Below, piece by piece: positions 38,683 through 52,970 of a stretch of DNA of 64,000 nucleotides. The DNA comes from Diadema setosum (lineage: Eukaryota). The stretch spans positions 24,353,037-24,417,036 of the forward strand of contig NC_092698.1 of assembly GCF_964275005.1 (NCBI RefSeq), read 5' to 3'. Within the stretch, counting starts at the first letter, position 1. Every line of letters begins with the position of its first letter. The notes under the pieces are model-generated. The model searched no databases and was not told the origin of the DNA. It worked only from the letters and a program-made list of their open reading frames with translations. Position numbers and translations under genes: made by a program.

Positions 38683-40246
38683 GTGAGTCCAGTGTTCAGC
38701 CCGCTGGTCAGTTGGCTGGTCAGTCTGTGAGCTCGTCTGATCATGTCTTTGCACAGGTTTAGTATGTGATTCTCAGATATGCTGTTAAGTTTTGACCAAT
38801 GCATGTTCACCCTCATTGTTGATTTTGAGCAACATGATCTTACCATGATGTTTGTCTTCCATTAAGACCACCATCTCACATTGCCATGTAGATAGTTTGC
38901 TGACAGTACCTATAGAGTTATAGCAGGCCTTAGGACCCTTTCACACTTGGGCAGTTTAGATGGCAGTTTCTGGCAGTTTAGCAATCTGCCGAGCTTCACT
39001 GAGAAATATGTCGACACTGCATGCAATCACTGGCCATCCATCCCTCATATTCAATGATTTGTGAACTGCGGAAGAACCACCAAATTTCATGCATGTTTCA
39101 TTTTTTGTGGCTGTATTAATGGCTTGAAATGGGTCGTGTTGATTCGCATTGGCATCAGTGTTCATCACGTAATGAACGTCAGCCTCTGTGTTTGCAGTGG
39201 GAGATCTTTGATAACGCCCTGTTACACTGCCATTATGCAATCAGTCCTAGCAACATCTTCAGACCCTATTCACTGTTTGATCAAGGTCATTCACCATGGA
39301 TTGGATGTGCTTCACAGCGGTGTGAGAGCTGCTGTTAACCACCATCTGAACAGCTGATGTGTGAAAGGGGCTATCTTTATTTTCCTTTCAATTTACAGAT
39401 GTATAAAGTACAATGTAGCAGTGACTAAAAAGTCATTGGCCAGACTGTGCAGGTGATTTTTCTCTCAAGAGAAGGGACAGAAATACATTGTCTGTCCAAA
39501 GATAGCTACAGTGCACATATAATGGAGTCAAAATGAAAAACAAAATAAATCAGAAAGCCCTGTCTAATTCATTCTGTGAATTTGACATTTAGTAATAGTG
39601 CTCAAAGCAATCAATGCATATTATCACATTTTAACTCGAGCATTAAATGATAATCATTGCATCACTTGTGTTAAAGGTAATAGACACTGCCAACTGAACA
39701 CTCAATGAGGTGACAACATTTCCCCACTATGAAATTATTTGCTGCTCCATTACAGCAGTGAATAAATTCAATGTCTTTTCATTTACCAGGAGCCCATGAA
39801 CATGATGGTAAAAATGTTTAAACTCATAAAGTTCCCTCATTACCTTATTTCACATCTAACTTAACCACGTTGAGGACAAGTCCTGAGTATCCTCAGGCAG
39901 GTGTCTATGGGAAATGCGAGTTGTAGCAAAATCAAACCGTTGTCAACGGGTTAACATGATATGGAATTTCTCTGGTAGTGATCTGATTCCAACAGCTGCA
40001 TGTTGTTGTATGTTGCTGCATGTTGCTGTATTTTGCTGTATGTTGCTACATTTTGTTATATGGTGCTGTATATTGTAACATTTTCTGACCATTATTTCCT
40101 TGAAGCAGTTTTCAGCACAGTATCTTTCTCATCACGTACATGTACGTAGGTGAGGTGTTACAGTCGCTACCTGCCATATCAACACACAAAATCAATAACT
40201 TGAAGGGACATCTTTTGTTCCCCTTTTTCCTTTCCATCTTGTTTAG

Positions 40247-40417
<171 letters not shown>

Positions 40418-41115
40418 TAAAAACATTGGATGAAATGGCAGTAGCCCCATTTTATAGGTTTACTATAGCTCTGCAGTTTACAAGAAGAGTGAGGTTGGTG
40501 CTTGCAAATGTGCATGACTCCATTCTGTTGAGTATTCCAAAGTCTTTGGAATATTGTTGAGTTGAGTATTCCAAAGACTCAAATTTGTAATTTTATTCCT
40601 CTGTCCATTCGTCTTTGTGTTGTTTAAGCATCATGCCATTTACTAAAGAAATTTCTATCAGCTTTCCCTGAAATTTGTAAAGATGAGAAGCATGCCAGAA
40701 GAATTAATGAAGTCTAGGAAAAATCAAGTCAAGACCAAGAGTCAAAGGTTGGTGCCAAATTTTGTGATTTCAGTGTTTTGTCCTGTAGAGCAAATGTTCA
40801 GTGTCATATTTTCAGTCTGCTCAAGGAGGTACTTTGCCTAGTACTTCCTTGGTCTGCTTTATGATGAAACATAACCAGGAACTCAATTTCAATTGAAATT
40901 TGTAGAGCTCAGGGGTCACAGGTCAAAATAAAATCCGGATTGTGCCTTCTTCCCAAATACCCTCAGAACTGTGAGATTTGATTGTCATGGTTCAGAAGTT
41001 ATTAATTGCAGTTGGTTGAGTTTGGTGGGCTTTTGGATCCTTCTTTTTTATTATTTCTAAGTTGACCTGGAACAGGTTCTGATTGGTTCTGATTCTCAAG
41101 ATCACCTTTGCATGA

Positions 41116-41268
<153 letters not shown>

Positions 41269-41599
41269 TAAGGTAGTAGTTGCACACACACACACACACA
41301 CACACTCAAAAAGAAACCAAAACTTTTTGTAATGTTTTCTAATGATATGTCAGCTGTCTCTTTGTATTTTGAAATCCTACCACAGAAATGGAAAGGGCAC
41401 TGTTCACCTCACCAGGAGAGTTTTGAGAAAAAATGGTTTGACATCTAAATGCATGCAAGCTTGTAGAGCAAGATTTTAAATACTGCAAGTCAATGTAACA
41501 CATTTGAAGAACATGTTTCAGTAAAAACTGTCTCAGACTTTGAATTGCGTACAGGAAGAATTTAAGATATTGAACTTTGATAAAAGTTTTGTTTTGGTT

Positions 41600-42979
41600 T
41601 TTTTATGCCTCCGCCACGAAGTGGTGCCGGAGGCATTATGTTTTCGGGTTGTCCGTCCGTCCGTACGTACGTCCGTACGTACCTCCGTACGTACCTCCGT
41701 ACGTACCTCCGTACGTCCGTACGTCCGTCCGCTTTCGTTTACGCGATAACTTGAGTAATACTTACTGGAATTTTACCAAACTTGGTCCAAGTATGAAGTA
41801 TGATGGGGCAACGATTTGATAAGATTTTGGGTGAAATCGGCTAAAGGTCAAAGGTCAAAGGTCAAGGTCAAATCATGAAATTGTATCCGTTTACGCGATA
41901 ACTCAAGACTGTATGGAGCAAATTTCACCAAACTTTGTTGGAGGATGATGTATGATGGGACAATTACTTGATTAGTTTTTCAGTGAAATCGGACAGAGGT
42001 CAAAGGTCAAAGATCAAGGTCAAATCCTAAAATTTATCTGTTTATGTGATAACTCAAAACTGGATGAAGCAGCTTTCACCAAACTTGGTCCAAGGATGAT
42101 GTATGATGGGACAATTAGTTGAGTAGATTCTAGTGACATTGACAAGAGGTCAAAGGTCAAAAGGTCAAGGTCAAATGCTAAAAATGTTGCTATTTCCCCC
42201 ATATCTATGCAATGCCCGCAGTTATTTTCTTGAAACTTAGTGTAGACATGTACTACTGCATAAGGATTCTCCAGAGAGAGTTTCATGTCATAAGGTCAAA
42301 GGTCAAAAGGTCAAGGGTTAGGTGAAAATGTTGCAATATCACTTTTCTCGCAAATGGTTCAATGTATATTCATGGAACATGGTACATATGCATGTACTGA
42401 CTGGCAGGGATTATCTAGGGAATTTAGGGGTCATGGGTCAATAGTCAGGGGTTCAAAGGTCAAGGTCAACTCCTCAAAATGTTACTACTGTATTTCCCTC
42501 ATACATGTATACTAGTATATGCAACGATTGCATTATTAGTTTTAAAAGTGTTTGTACATGTATTACTTGATGGAGATTCTCTTGGAAATTTCCAGCCAGA
42601 AGGTCAAAGGTCAAAGGTTAAGGGTCAAAGGTCAGGTTTAAATGAAAAAGAAATATTTTGTACTGTAATTACACTCTTTCTTCATACCTTGAAAATTATG
42701 CTCAATGCATAAACTTATAATAAGGTCGGTCAGAAGTCAAGTAAAAATTTTCAATTCCCCAAATATGTGTACCTGCACTCTTTAATAGACAATTATAGCA
42801 AACCCAGTTCGTGGAAAGTGAACATTCAAGATATTTCTGACAAACCTGTTATTTCGATATTTTGCCAGTTATGTGAAACTGTCATCACACATTGTCAAGA
42901 CATTGTACTATACACCTATTGGGAGAATCATGCATTATGGCGGAGGCATCAGTCGCCGTAGCGACATTTCTAGTTTTAT
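41600..42979 (+). mobile_element. Modular TIR element 'GGAGGCAT family' (about 1.4 kb), plus-strand copy in RNF32 intron 5, with internal tandem units of (A)GGTCAAAGGTCA motifs
   Basis: Starts tttttatgcctccgccacgaagtggtgccggaggcattatg, followed by gtccgtacg repeats. There are about five ~100-200-bp units, each containing ggtcaaaggtcaaaggtcaaggtcaaatc. It ends gcattatggcggaggcatcagtcgccgtagcgacatttctagtttta. Termini tatgcctccgcc / ggcggaggcat are inverted. Confidence 0.75.
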
Positions 42980-44682
42980 TCAAATTGTATATTACACTGT
43001 ATGTTGAAATTCTTTGATAGGTCACAGAAATAGATCCATGTAAAGGTAGATACGGTGTAGGTGTGTGATGTAGGAGTTAATTATATAAATCTTTATTTTA
43101 GAACATGTGGCTTTATCTTGTAGGACATTGCATAAAATGACCAAAGCCCTTGGTATTTTGTGTGATAGCAAGATAGAGTGAATCTAAAGGACATCTAGCA
43201 CTGCCAGATGATTTTTTCCTCGTAAGCACTTGTCTAATGAAGTGAAAGATTGCATTCTTATTCTCATGAATTTTGCGAGCAGAATGGTACCAGGTATTTG
43301 CAAATTGAACAACCAGCAAAACTATAAACACTGATCACAACTTGAACACAATGTGCACAGGTACAATTCTCTGTTCATTCTTGTCCTCCATGATTGCAAA
43401 TTTAACCACTTCTGAAATTGTCAGGAAGTCTTGATTAGAAAAAAAAATAGTTTTGCTAACTGTATGTCATATACAGTTTTTCCCTTGTTTGCAAAGATGT
43501 CAAATGAGGGTGTGTTTTTATATTGTTTTTTTTTTTTTTTGGGGGGGGGGTTTGTCTTTTTTTTTCAATCGTGAAAGCAAAGTTTTTCGAGTGTGGATAC
43601 TGTTTAAGCCCAATCATATCATTATCTCTTCATTTACTAAGTAATCAAGGCAGCGAAGTAGGCCGTGATCTAATATTATACAACACCTAAAATGAATGTA
43701 GCTATCTGATTGGTCGATAGCCCATGATGTAACATTCAGTTGAGAGTACCATCGCACGCTGTGGCTGTCAGCCGTGCAATTTTGTTTGAGCAAAAGTGAA
43801 TAACGCTTGTTTACCATCACACGGCTCTGATGTCACAATAAACAAACATTTGCCACGTGCACTCATCAATTACGAGCGTCCTTGCAAGTGCATACTTTTA
43901 TCACTTATATTTTTGTAAACAACTTCAACCAATCAGTTTTGCAAGCGTTACGTAGAGATGTATGTACGTAAATACGACGGCTAACTGTGACATGCGACCT
44001 GTGTTGAACCTGTGTTGACTACATCTGTTAATGTTCGAGGTGTTGTATAAAACAAATAGTGCATGGTCTTTACTCGTGCGGTGGAATAAGATTTTGCACT
44101 CGGTGAAAGATAAGGTGCACTATTCAACTCGGCTTTGCCTCGTTGAGTAAAGCATCTCAATCCTTCACAAAATCTTGTACCATCCCTCTCGCGACCATTC
44201 ACTATTTAAAGGCAAATGGAATAAAGCTAAGACATTCTGGAGCATATATGCAAGAGAAGGCTCAAATGGTCAAAAAAAAAGAAAGAAAAAAAGAAAGTTG
44301 ATAATAATAGGGAAGATCAATGTCAAGTCGAAAGTGATTTTGGGTCATTTTTCGTGATTTGGCCCTCCTCAGATCTCAGCCATGTATCAACCAATTGTGA
44401 CCAAACTAGGCATGTTGGTGTCTCATGTATTTTACAAGAATGCATAGTCAAATTATGATTATGATATGTATTGTTATTTTTAATTTCTCCAATTAGTTTT
44501 GCAATTATGATTTTTTTTCAAGAAATTCTAATTCTAATAGTATTCCCTCCATTCATGTAGAAAGAGCAATAAAATTTGGCATGTTCAAAGCATGTCATGT
44601 AATCTGAAGGAAAGCTTAGTCAAATGTATTAAAATCTAACATTTGGTTCTAGGACAATTAACCCCTGGACAATTACCCCAGA

Positions 44683-44760
44683 CCCTTCCCCTTACCCTAA
44701 CCCTAATCCTGTACCTAATCCTAACCCTAACCCAAATTCTAACCCTAAACCTAACCCAAA
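44683..44760. repeat. Degenerate interstitial telomere-like (CCCTAA)n tract
   Basis: ccttaccctaaccctaatcctgtacctaatcctaaccctaacccaaattctaaccctaaacctaaccc. Confidence 0.7.
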
Positions 44761-46062
44761 TCTGATCTTTACTCTAACTGGTATTTAGCTGCAGGATGGT
44801 TGTTCTGATATGCTAATATTCATAATTGTAATTGATTATGCCTTTATAAAATTTTTTTAAAATTATGCATTTTTGCATTTTGATCACCACATTAGGGCAG
44901 AAATCTAGTGTATTTCTTTCTTTTACTATTGATTACGTGTATATATTTGTTGTTTTTTATCTTCTAATATCATTCTGTCCTCTAGAATTATTTGTGAAAG
45001 CCAAAGAGGATATTATCTGAGGAAATCCTGAAAAGAAAAGAACATTCTTCTGATGATACTTGTAAAATCCATGCATTCTACACACAAAAAGCATAGGAAA
45101 CCACCATATCTCCGCAACATAAGGGTCTTGGGATACGTGCGAAGTGTGAAAAAAAAGTCATTAAATTTTAGACAGATCTTTTTATGTTGAAAAATGATCA
45201 TGAAAAACGTTTAACATGGGGGAAGGAGCATTTCATTTCAATCAGATAGAAATTAAGGGGGGAAAAAAGTACTTGATAACATTTTAAGGTTTCATATGTT
45301 TTCCCAGAAAAAAAAAAAAATTATTTGATCTACATTTATACGCAAATTAGATGTCATAGCCTTTCAAACCTCCCATTGGCTTACACAAATACCTGACAAA
45401 ACTGTGTGCAAGCAAGTCATCATATCACAGGATTTCTGTACTTGATATAGATTTAAGAAGAGGTAGTGTACAAGTTTATGTTCCTCACATGACATTTTTA
45501 TAGAATTCCAGTAGAAGAAGAAGTTGTAAATTGGAGAGGGATATTGTTGCTGAAGTATCGATGAAAAATTGTACCTTCAGTGAACAGTATGTCAAATGCA
45601 GTGACAGAACTGTGATTCAGTTGCATCATTGCTCTTTCTGATATACATTCCATATCATTGTTAGCAATATTACCCTCCTCCAATAGATTAAAAAAAAAAA
45701 ATTGTGTTCCCAAATTCCGTAAAGTGCTATTTATTCATGTTTGTGTATATACAGTATATATATATTCCAATTTATTAGAACTTGTACTGTTCAGTTTGTT
45801 TACTTTCTTCTTTTCATCAAAGTCAAATGATATTAGAACACCGAAGGGTGTTTCCCTTTAACATTGTCAGGTGTTGGAAGCGGGGTCTGATGTATGATTT
45901 GTGTCTGACGCAGCCATTAAAATTCAATACCAGTGTTTATGGATTATTTGCCTGAGGTAGTTTTGAGGCTTTTTACTATCCTGGCCATGAACGTAAATCT
46001 TCCAGAAGGATGTTTGTATGCCTGATAAATTATTTCACTTCAGGTGCTTGCAATCACAATGA

Positions 46063-46136
46063 AGTCTTCCTCTCTCCTCCTCCTCCCCCTCCTCCTCCTC
46101 CTCCCCCTCCTCCTCCTCTTCCTCCTCCTCCTCCTC

Positions 46137-46168
<32 letters not shown>

Positions 46169-46172
46169 AACA
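46063..46172. repeat. (CCT)n microsatellite, about 110 bp
   Basis: Direct reading. Confidence 0.9.
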
Positions 46173-49100
46173 CTCCCTTCTCTAACTAATCTGCCTTAGA
46201 AGCTTGTTTAGATTTCGAAAGTTTACCAGAACCAAACATCCTTGTGCTTTAGGGATCTCTTTCCAATGCACTGTATTCCAGGCCAGTACTCCCTCCCCTA
46301 ATCCTAGTCCTGATTGTGTAATGTGCCTAAATATATGGTGATGAATATTCTTTTTTCCCAGGGAATATGAATGCTCAGCCCCTAGTAGTTCAGCAACTAA
46401 GAACAACTAGAACAACGAAGAAAATATATTATGTAGCTTGTGCACGTCTTTTCTGTCTGATTTGGCATATTCTCATAGAAGCTTACTTTTTCATCAGCAG
46501 AAATGGTAATTGTTATAATGGTTGTCAAGCAGGATATTACTGTTTACAAGTTAGCTTTCATTGATGTATTTGATGTGGTGAACATTTCGACTCATTCAAT
46601 TTTATAGGTGAATCAACTACTTCAAATCTTGGGTATGCCTTTCGTACTAGTGGTGTCATTGAGGAAAATGACATTGTATTTCAAGATTTCAGTCTAATAA
46701 TTATGGAATGGCCCATGAAGAAGATTTATGGTTTTGCAAGCCACAAGTTGAAGAGGGTGTCAAATTATACCTGAACATTGTCTCTAAAATTATTTTTACA
46801 TCACTCTACATCATGTTCTCCTACTTTGTGGGGTTGGATGTTTCATTTCCTGTTCATTATTAATTGACCGACTGCCTGTTATGTGATAGGTGAGACTAGA
46901 TATTAATATCCTCTGCGAGTATCTCTTTTTTGAGTCTCACAAGTTTAATCCCCCTTGTCACGAATTAGACACTGGGGAGTTTGTATTCTTTTAGAAACTA
47001 AAGACTTTCCTCTCATCTTGCTATTAGTTGAGCACAATGTATGTTCAGTATACTGTAAAAGTGGAAATTTTTGCCGTGATAAAATTTTTGCACATTTCGT
47101 GCAACCAGAAACTAGCGTGAAAATAAAAGCACGTGAATATTTTTGCGTGCCATATGTTCCAGTACTTACTGTCTTGATTCCATGGAATTAAATACATGCA
47201 AACTCTTCTTGCCGGGCCGAGCGCGAAAAAATTAGTCTCATGAAAATATCCACTTTTACAGCATTGTACAAATGCGCTTTCTGACTGGTCTGAAAGCTAA
47301 TTTGTCCAATGCGTCATGTTCAAAACAAGGGATTTCTTTCTAACATTTCTGAGAAGGCCATACGATGTGTCACATGTCCCAGCTGATGAACATTTGGGAG
47401 AAAATTGCAGTTTCTTATGACTCAAACTTTTTGTTGATATTGGCTACCATTCAACTTAAATCAGCTGTGATGTAACTGCTAGTCAAAGGCATTATGCTAC
47501 TATTCCTGCACAAAGCACTAGAGTGTTCTTTACACCAACAAATACAGCAATAAACTTTCATGTAGTGCTTAAAGTGTTCTTGGTTTTTTTTTTTTTTTTG
47601 TTTCAACTTTGATTACATTTTGCACTCCCTGTCAAAATATCGTCCTTTGCAGGCGTAAATAAAATTTGACTGCCTTTATTGAGCACTCAAGGATGGTAAA
47701 CGTGTTATCTTGTGAGCCTGGACAGACAATATTTTCCTTTAAAAATGTTCACAACATGTGCACATGTCTACATCTTTGTCAGGAACACCTTGAAGAGTAC
47801 ACTGTAGGTCTACACACATCTAATTCTATCATCAATCTCAAACTATACACTGCAGCTGTAAATGCTATCAACATGTTACCTGCTGGAGACTGTGTAAATT
47901 TTCCATAGGGTTGATATTTAGCACGTTGGGCCTTGTTGCATAAAACTTTCGTTGAAATCGAACATAAGTCCAATGTCAAATGCAAGAATCAAACCTAACT
48001 GACGATCAAACATAGATTATGTTGCATAAAGGTCAATATTAAAGATCAAACTTAAGTTAGGTTTGATTTTGAGCTGATGAATGTGCGTAGACAAACCTAC
48101 ATGTGATAGTCACCTTTAATATCCCCTTGATTCTGATAGGCTGAAGGCAAGTTATGAATGTTTGATTTTGTGTTGATGACTGTTTATGCGTCTTGATTCT
48201 ATGGATTGATGAACTCTATTGTACTGTACCATTGCTATTCATGCATTGCACCAGTAGCCAAGAAGTAAAGTGCTATCACTACCCGCAAAGTATGGGGTAA
48301 TGCTTGATTGCATTCTGCTTTTTTTGCAGAATATCACCTGCAGTCAAGTCAATAATTTGCAGGATGACATCATATGAAAAAAGATTGATATACAGCTGTA
48401 TTTCATTTTGATTTCAAATCTCATCTGTGTATGAATCAAAATGAGCAGTTCTCTCACATGAAATGTTCTCTGTCCTATAAAGATGCCTCATATTCTCTTC
48501 CTCCACAACTTAATCAGCCATGAATAGTTGTCGAGGAGTTGATTAAAACTACTTTAACTTTATGCTTGATTTCATGCCCTTATGTTTGATTTAAAGCACT
48601 TATGACTGACCTATCCATACATAAACTTTCAACTTATATATTATTTTGATATGGAGTACTTTTGTTTGATTTTCATGTTTGAAATCAAACATAGCTCTTT
48701 GTTCAAGAAATCAAACATAACTTTACAAATGTATATTGTTGTTTTTTCCAGATTTATGTTTTAGTATGCTTAATCTTTGAGTTTTATGCAAAAGGGCCCC
48801 AATTTCCATAAGCAACTAGATAATTTATGTAGGGGCTTTATATTTGTGACATCAAGCATTTCGTATCAAGGCACTGCGCTGCTAGGCCATATTTTGCTGA
48901 TTCCAGCGGCTATGTTTATGGCAACAATGTTGACTGATGCATTGCATATGTCTGTATTCCTTTTTTTTTTTATTATGATTATTATTTATGGTGAGTGTGT
49001 GTATATCATTGAAAGTTGTCAAAGGAAAAGATCAATCGCTGGTGCACATGTTGGTATGCAGGTCTGCTCTGAAGAATTCCAATTGAGCAAGGCTCCTCTT

Positions 49101-49275
49101 CTTACCTGTCTATTTGAAATAGGCGTTGCCTAGCAACATGGGCTTTCACCTTCTTGTCAATTGACGGGACAGTATTTGGGTTGAAGGGTGCCAGGAAAGC
49201 AATAAATAAAGCAACTCAGGACTGCAACTTTTCCATTGTAGGAGCCAAGTGAGATAGAGAACATACAGAGAGATT

Positions 49276-49311
<36 letters not shown>

Positions 49312-50755
49312 AAAAGACAGCAAAATAAAAACAGAAGAGCAAGCATGTCATATAAAAATATCTTGTTGACATTCTAACTAGTTGAAAAAGCAGTTTAGGG
49401 CCTATGCTTTTTAACCCTTTATTTCTAACTTGATGTCCTTTCACGCTAAAAAAACAACAACAACAACAAAAACATATTCGTGATTATAATGCCAATACAT
49501 AACAGAAATAAGATTTACATTGTAGCTTATTTCCTGGTATTTGCATGGACTACAGTTATCAAGATGTCAAGAATGTAATGAAAGCAATGCCATAAGTGTT
49601 CATCTGTTTTTTCTCAATTTCTTCAAGTCCATATATCAGTTGGGGAAGAGTCCTTTTGAAATATGGCAGCACTAATTCACACCAGGGCTAAGAAAGATGG
49701 AGGCCAAGAGACAATATCTTCCTTACCTTCACATAGTTTTGATGGTAATTTATTACATGTGTACCAAATTCCATACATACCTTTAAGTTTCTCATACATT
49801 GTTTCTAAGCAGTGAAACAAAGCAGTGAAATGAAAGAGACACATGCAGAAGAAGACTACTAGAAAACACACACAAATGACCAAACACTGCATAAGACTGC
49901 ATATCACACAACTAATAATAATGAAGAAGAACTCATATTTGATTGCACAAGGTAGGACCCCAAGCTTCCATTTCAAGAGGCATGTGTAATTGCCTAGTTG
50001 ACCACTAAATCCTGCAGAAGCTTTCAATATTATCTTTCAGTATCTTTCAATATTAATTTTTTTTTTTTAACAAACTAGCTATAATCATATCACCTCCTTT
50101 TCTATTTGAAATTCCGTTCTTTCCTCTGCACCCAGATTCTTGCAAACAATTCTAAATAAAATCAGAGCCACCATGTGTGATGATTTTAAACATTCCATTA
50201 CATTCAAATATGTGTGAGTCCTTACAATGTAACTAAAGTGGGAATTGATGATGATATGACCTTGTACCATCCAAGTTTATTTAATGCACTTGAATCTATA
50301 TTTTGCATAATATTAAACATTGTGGTGTGTGCACACATCCTCTCATTTCGAGTACCTGACCCCTCTCAGTTTTCTTCTTGTCCACCCTGGAGCTATTGTT
50401 TGCTTCCGTCCAGCAATATTTGAATATCTGGCCATCGATCCCCCTTCTTGGGTGTCGGCTGCATCCGATTTGCAATTCTCTGACCGGTAGTGAGGATAGT
50501 AATTGGAGAGAATGAGATAGAAAGAGAGGAAGGGGGGGGGGGGTGAGGGAGGGAGCGAGTAAGTGAGGAAGGTAGCCGCTGGCCCCTCTGTGAGTGCTAT
50601 GGATGTATCGAGAGTATGATGGGTGTAATTATTTGCCGGCAGTCTTCTTCCTTTTTACTAGCTGTTGTCGTTCATTGTTGCTGTATATGGGCCAGACAGA
50701 CCAAAGATTTGAAATAAGATAGGAATTATTGTACACAGATTAAGCTTGAATTTTT

Positions 50756-51770
50756 TAGCTCACCTGAGCCAAAGGCTCAAGTGACCTATTGCGATCGCCC
50801 TTCGTCCGGCGTCCGTCGTGCGTCGTGCGTCGTCCGTCGTGCGTAAACTTTTTACATTTTCATCTTCTTCTTGAAAACCCCAAGACCGATTTCCATCAAA
50901 CTTGGTAGGTAGCATCCCTAGGGGGTTAGGAACTCAATTTGTTAAAATGGGCACCATGCCCCACCTAGGGGGCCCCCCAAAATTAAGGAATCTGTAAAAA
51001 TCTTCTTCTCTAGAACCAGAAGTGATAGAGCTAAGTTAATACTATGAGTTAGTACATTGATGACTGTAGTTTCAAGTTTGTTCATGGCAGAATCAGGGGT
51101 GCCCCCCTTGGGACCCAGGGGAGGGGGGTGGGGAGCGGTCCTAATGGGCCTAAATTGTACATTTTCATCTTCTTCTTGAGAACCCCATGACCCATTTTCA
51201 CCAAACTTGGCAGGTAGCATCCCTAGGGGGTTAGGATCTCAATCTGTTAAAATGGGCACCATGCCCCACCCAGGGGGCCCCAAGGGGGCCCCAAACCCCC
51301 CAAAATGAAGAAATCTTTAAAAATCTTCTCTAGAATCAGAAGTGATAGAGCTAAGATAATACTATGAGTGAGTACATTAATGACTGTAGTTTCAAATTTG
51401 TTCATAGCAGATCCAGGGGTGCCCCTCTTGGGGGTGGGGGGGGGGTGGGGAAGGTCCGAATGGGGGCCTGAATTGTACATTTTCATCTTCTTCCTGAAAA
51501 CCTCATGATGGAATTTTGTCAAACTTGGCAGGTAGCATCCCTAGGGGGTCAGGATCTCAATTTATCAAAATGGGCACCATGCCCCACCCGGTTCCCCAAA
51601 TTAAGGAATCTTAACAAAATTTGGGCCCTTTTTTTTTTTATTGTACATTTTCATCTTCTACTTGAGAATGCCTGGTCAAATTTTAGTAGAGCTGTGAATA
51701 ATTTAGATTAGTGACTGCGTGAAAGGTGAACTTGCGATACTCAGGTGAGCGCTAGACCCGCGGGTCTCTT
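50756..51770 (+). mobile_element. TIR element 'TAGCTCACCTGAG family', copy 1, with three ~250-bp internal tandem units
   Basis: Starts tagctcacctgagccaaaggctcaagtgacctattgcgatcgcc and ends gaacttgcgatactcaggtgagcgcta, the inverse of its start. A gacccgcgggtc palindrome follows. The internal unit attgtacattttcatcttcttcttgaraaccc...atgggcaccatgccccacc occurs three times. Confidence 0.75.
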
Positions 51771-52799
51771 GTTTTGTGAGGGTTTATAATTTTCACAAAT
51801 TTTGCGAAGCAAATCACAGTTGGATTGTGAATTTAACAACATGCAAAAATGACACTATGCGCTATAAAGGTAAAAATGCATTGAAGATTGCATCGGTGTT
51901 GTTTTGCTGAAACAACATCTCGCAAAAAGGTCTGTGACTTCCTTATTTGCAAAAATAACAGCTTATACAGCAATTATATTTTACTCTGCTATTACTTAAG
52001 AATTCCTGTATCGGCCTACTCAGCAAACACACACAATACATACAAAAACATGCTGTTGTAGGAGTAGTATATGCTTGACTATGTAGATGTGAGATAAACT
52101 TGATTTAAGAAAGAAAAAACAAACAAAATGAAAAACATATATTTCATTAGTTTCACAGTTTTTTGCTGTCATTGATGAGGCTTAGTAGGAAATTTTAAGG
52201 TTTTGTTTCGTTTTTCTTTGCCCATGACTATTAGGTATAGGTAATTAGTACCACCAGAGTTTTCAGGGGTTTCCTGACCCATTATTATTTTATTTAAGAT
52301 TCACACATTCCAGTACTAGTAATACTGTAAAACGAGAAATTTTTCACATGCATGAAACTTTTGTGAATTTTGCGAGGAGCCACAATTTTTGAAAGCTAAA
52401 TGCACATGAAATTTTTTACTCAATCCAGTACGTATGTAGTATACTCTGAATTTTTCAGTGGGCAGCAATTTGTGGAAAAGGCTGTTGACATCAAGTCACG
52501 AATGTTCCATGCCGCGAATGTTTTGGGTTTTACAGTAGTAATTCTGCATGATATTAATAGCTATCCCATACGAGATCATTTGAAATACTCCTCAAGTATG
52601 CTTTATATCGCATCAGTTTTTGTTAGCGTAAGAAAAAAAAAAGAGAAAAGAATTCATCTCATTTGAGTGGCGTCCCTCTTTTGTTGAGCAGAACCAACAG
52701 GTCGCTCAATTGTTGGTATCAAGTTTCCTGCCGTGTTATCAAGGCTCTTCTTAAACTTTGCCATTCTATCTCATGCCCTTTCTACGCACACCCTCACAG

Positions 52800-52970
52800 C
52801 TCCAGGCAATCACCGACCGCCTAGTGAGATCGTACGACATCGGCGTGGACGCGTTCCTCTCGCAGATTGACCGCTCAGTGGCGGAGAGCCGCAGCGTCTT
52901 TCGTCGCCTGGAGGCGTCGCCTGCTCTGGCGGCCATCACGGAGGACGAGTGGGAGAGGATACAGCTGAAG
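52800..52970 (+). CDS. RNF32: RNF32-like exon 6 (linker region)
   Basis: Acceptor ccctcacag| (alternative NAGNAG acceptor 6 nt downstream); LQAITDRLVRSYDIGVDAFLSQIDRSVAESRSVFRRLEASPALAAITEDEWERIQLK; donor AAG|GTGAGA; phase 0 at both ends, in frame with exon 5. Confidence 0.75.

Noticed and set aside
49279-49310. A28 run that could be a retroposon or SINE poly-A tail
   Set aside because: No recognisable SINE/LINE body or target-site duplication could be defined by eye, so it is left as a simple homopolymer.
50942-51522. Two similar ~91-aa minus-strand ORFs (…PPLGPKGGTPDSAMNKLETTVINVLTHSI…)
   Set aside because: They lie within the internal tandem units of the TAGCTCACCTGAG element. Their duplication reflects the tandem repeat, with no independent coding evidence, though a domesticated peptide cannot be fully excluded.
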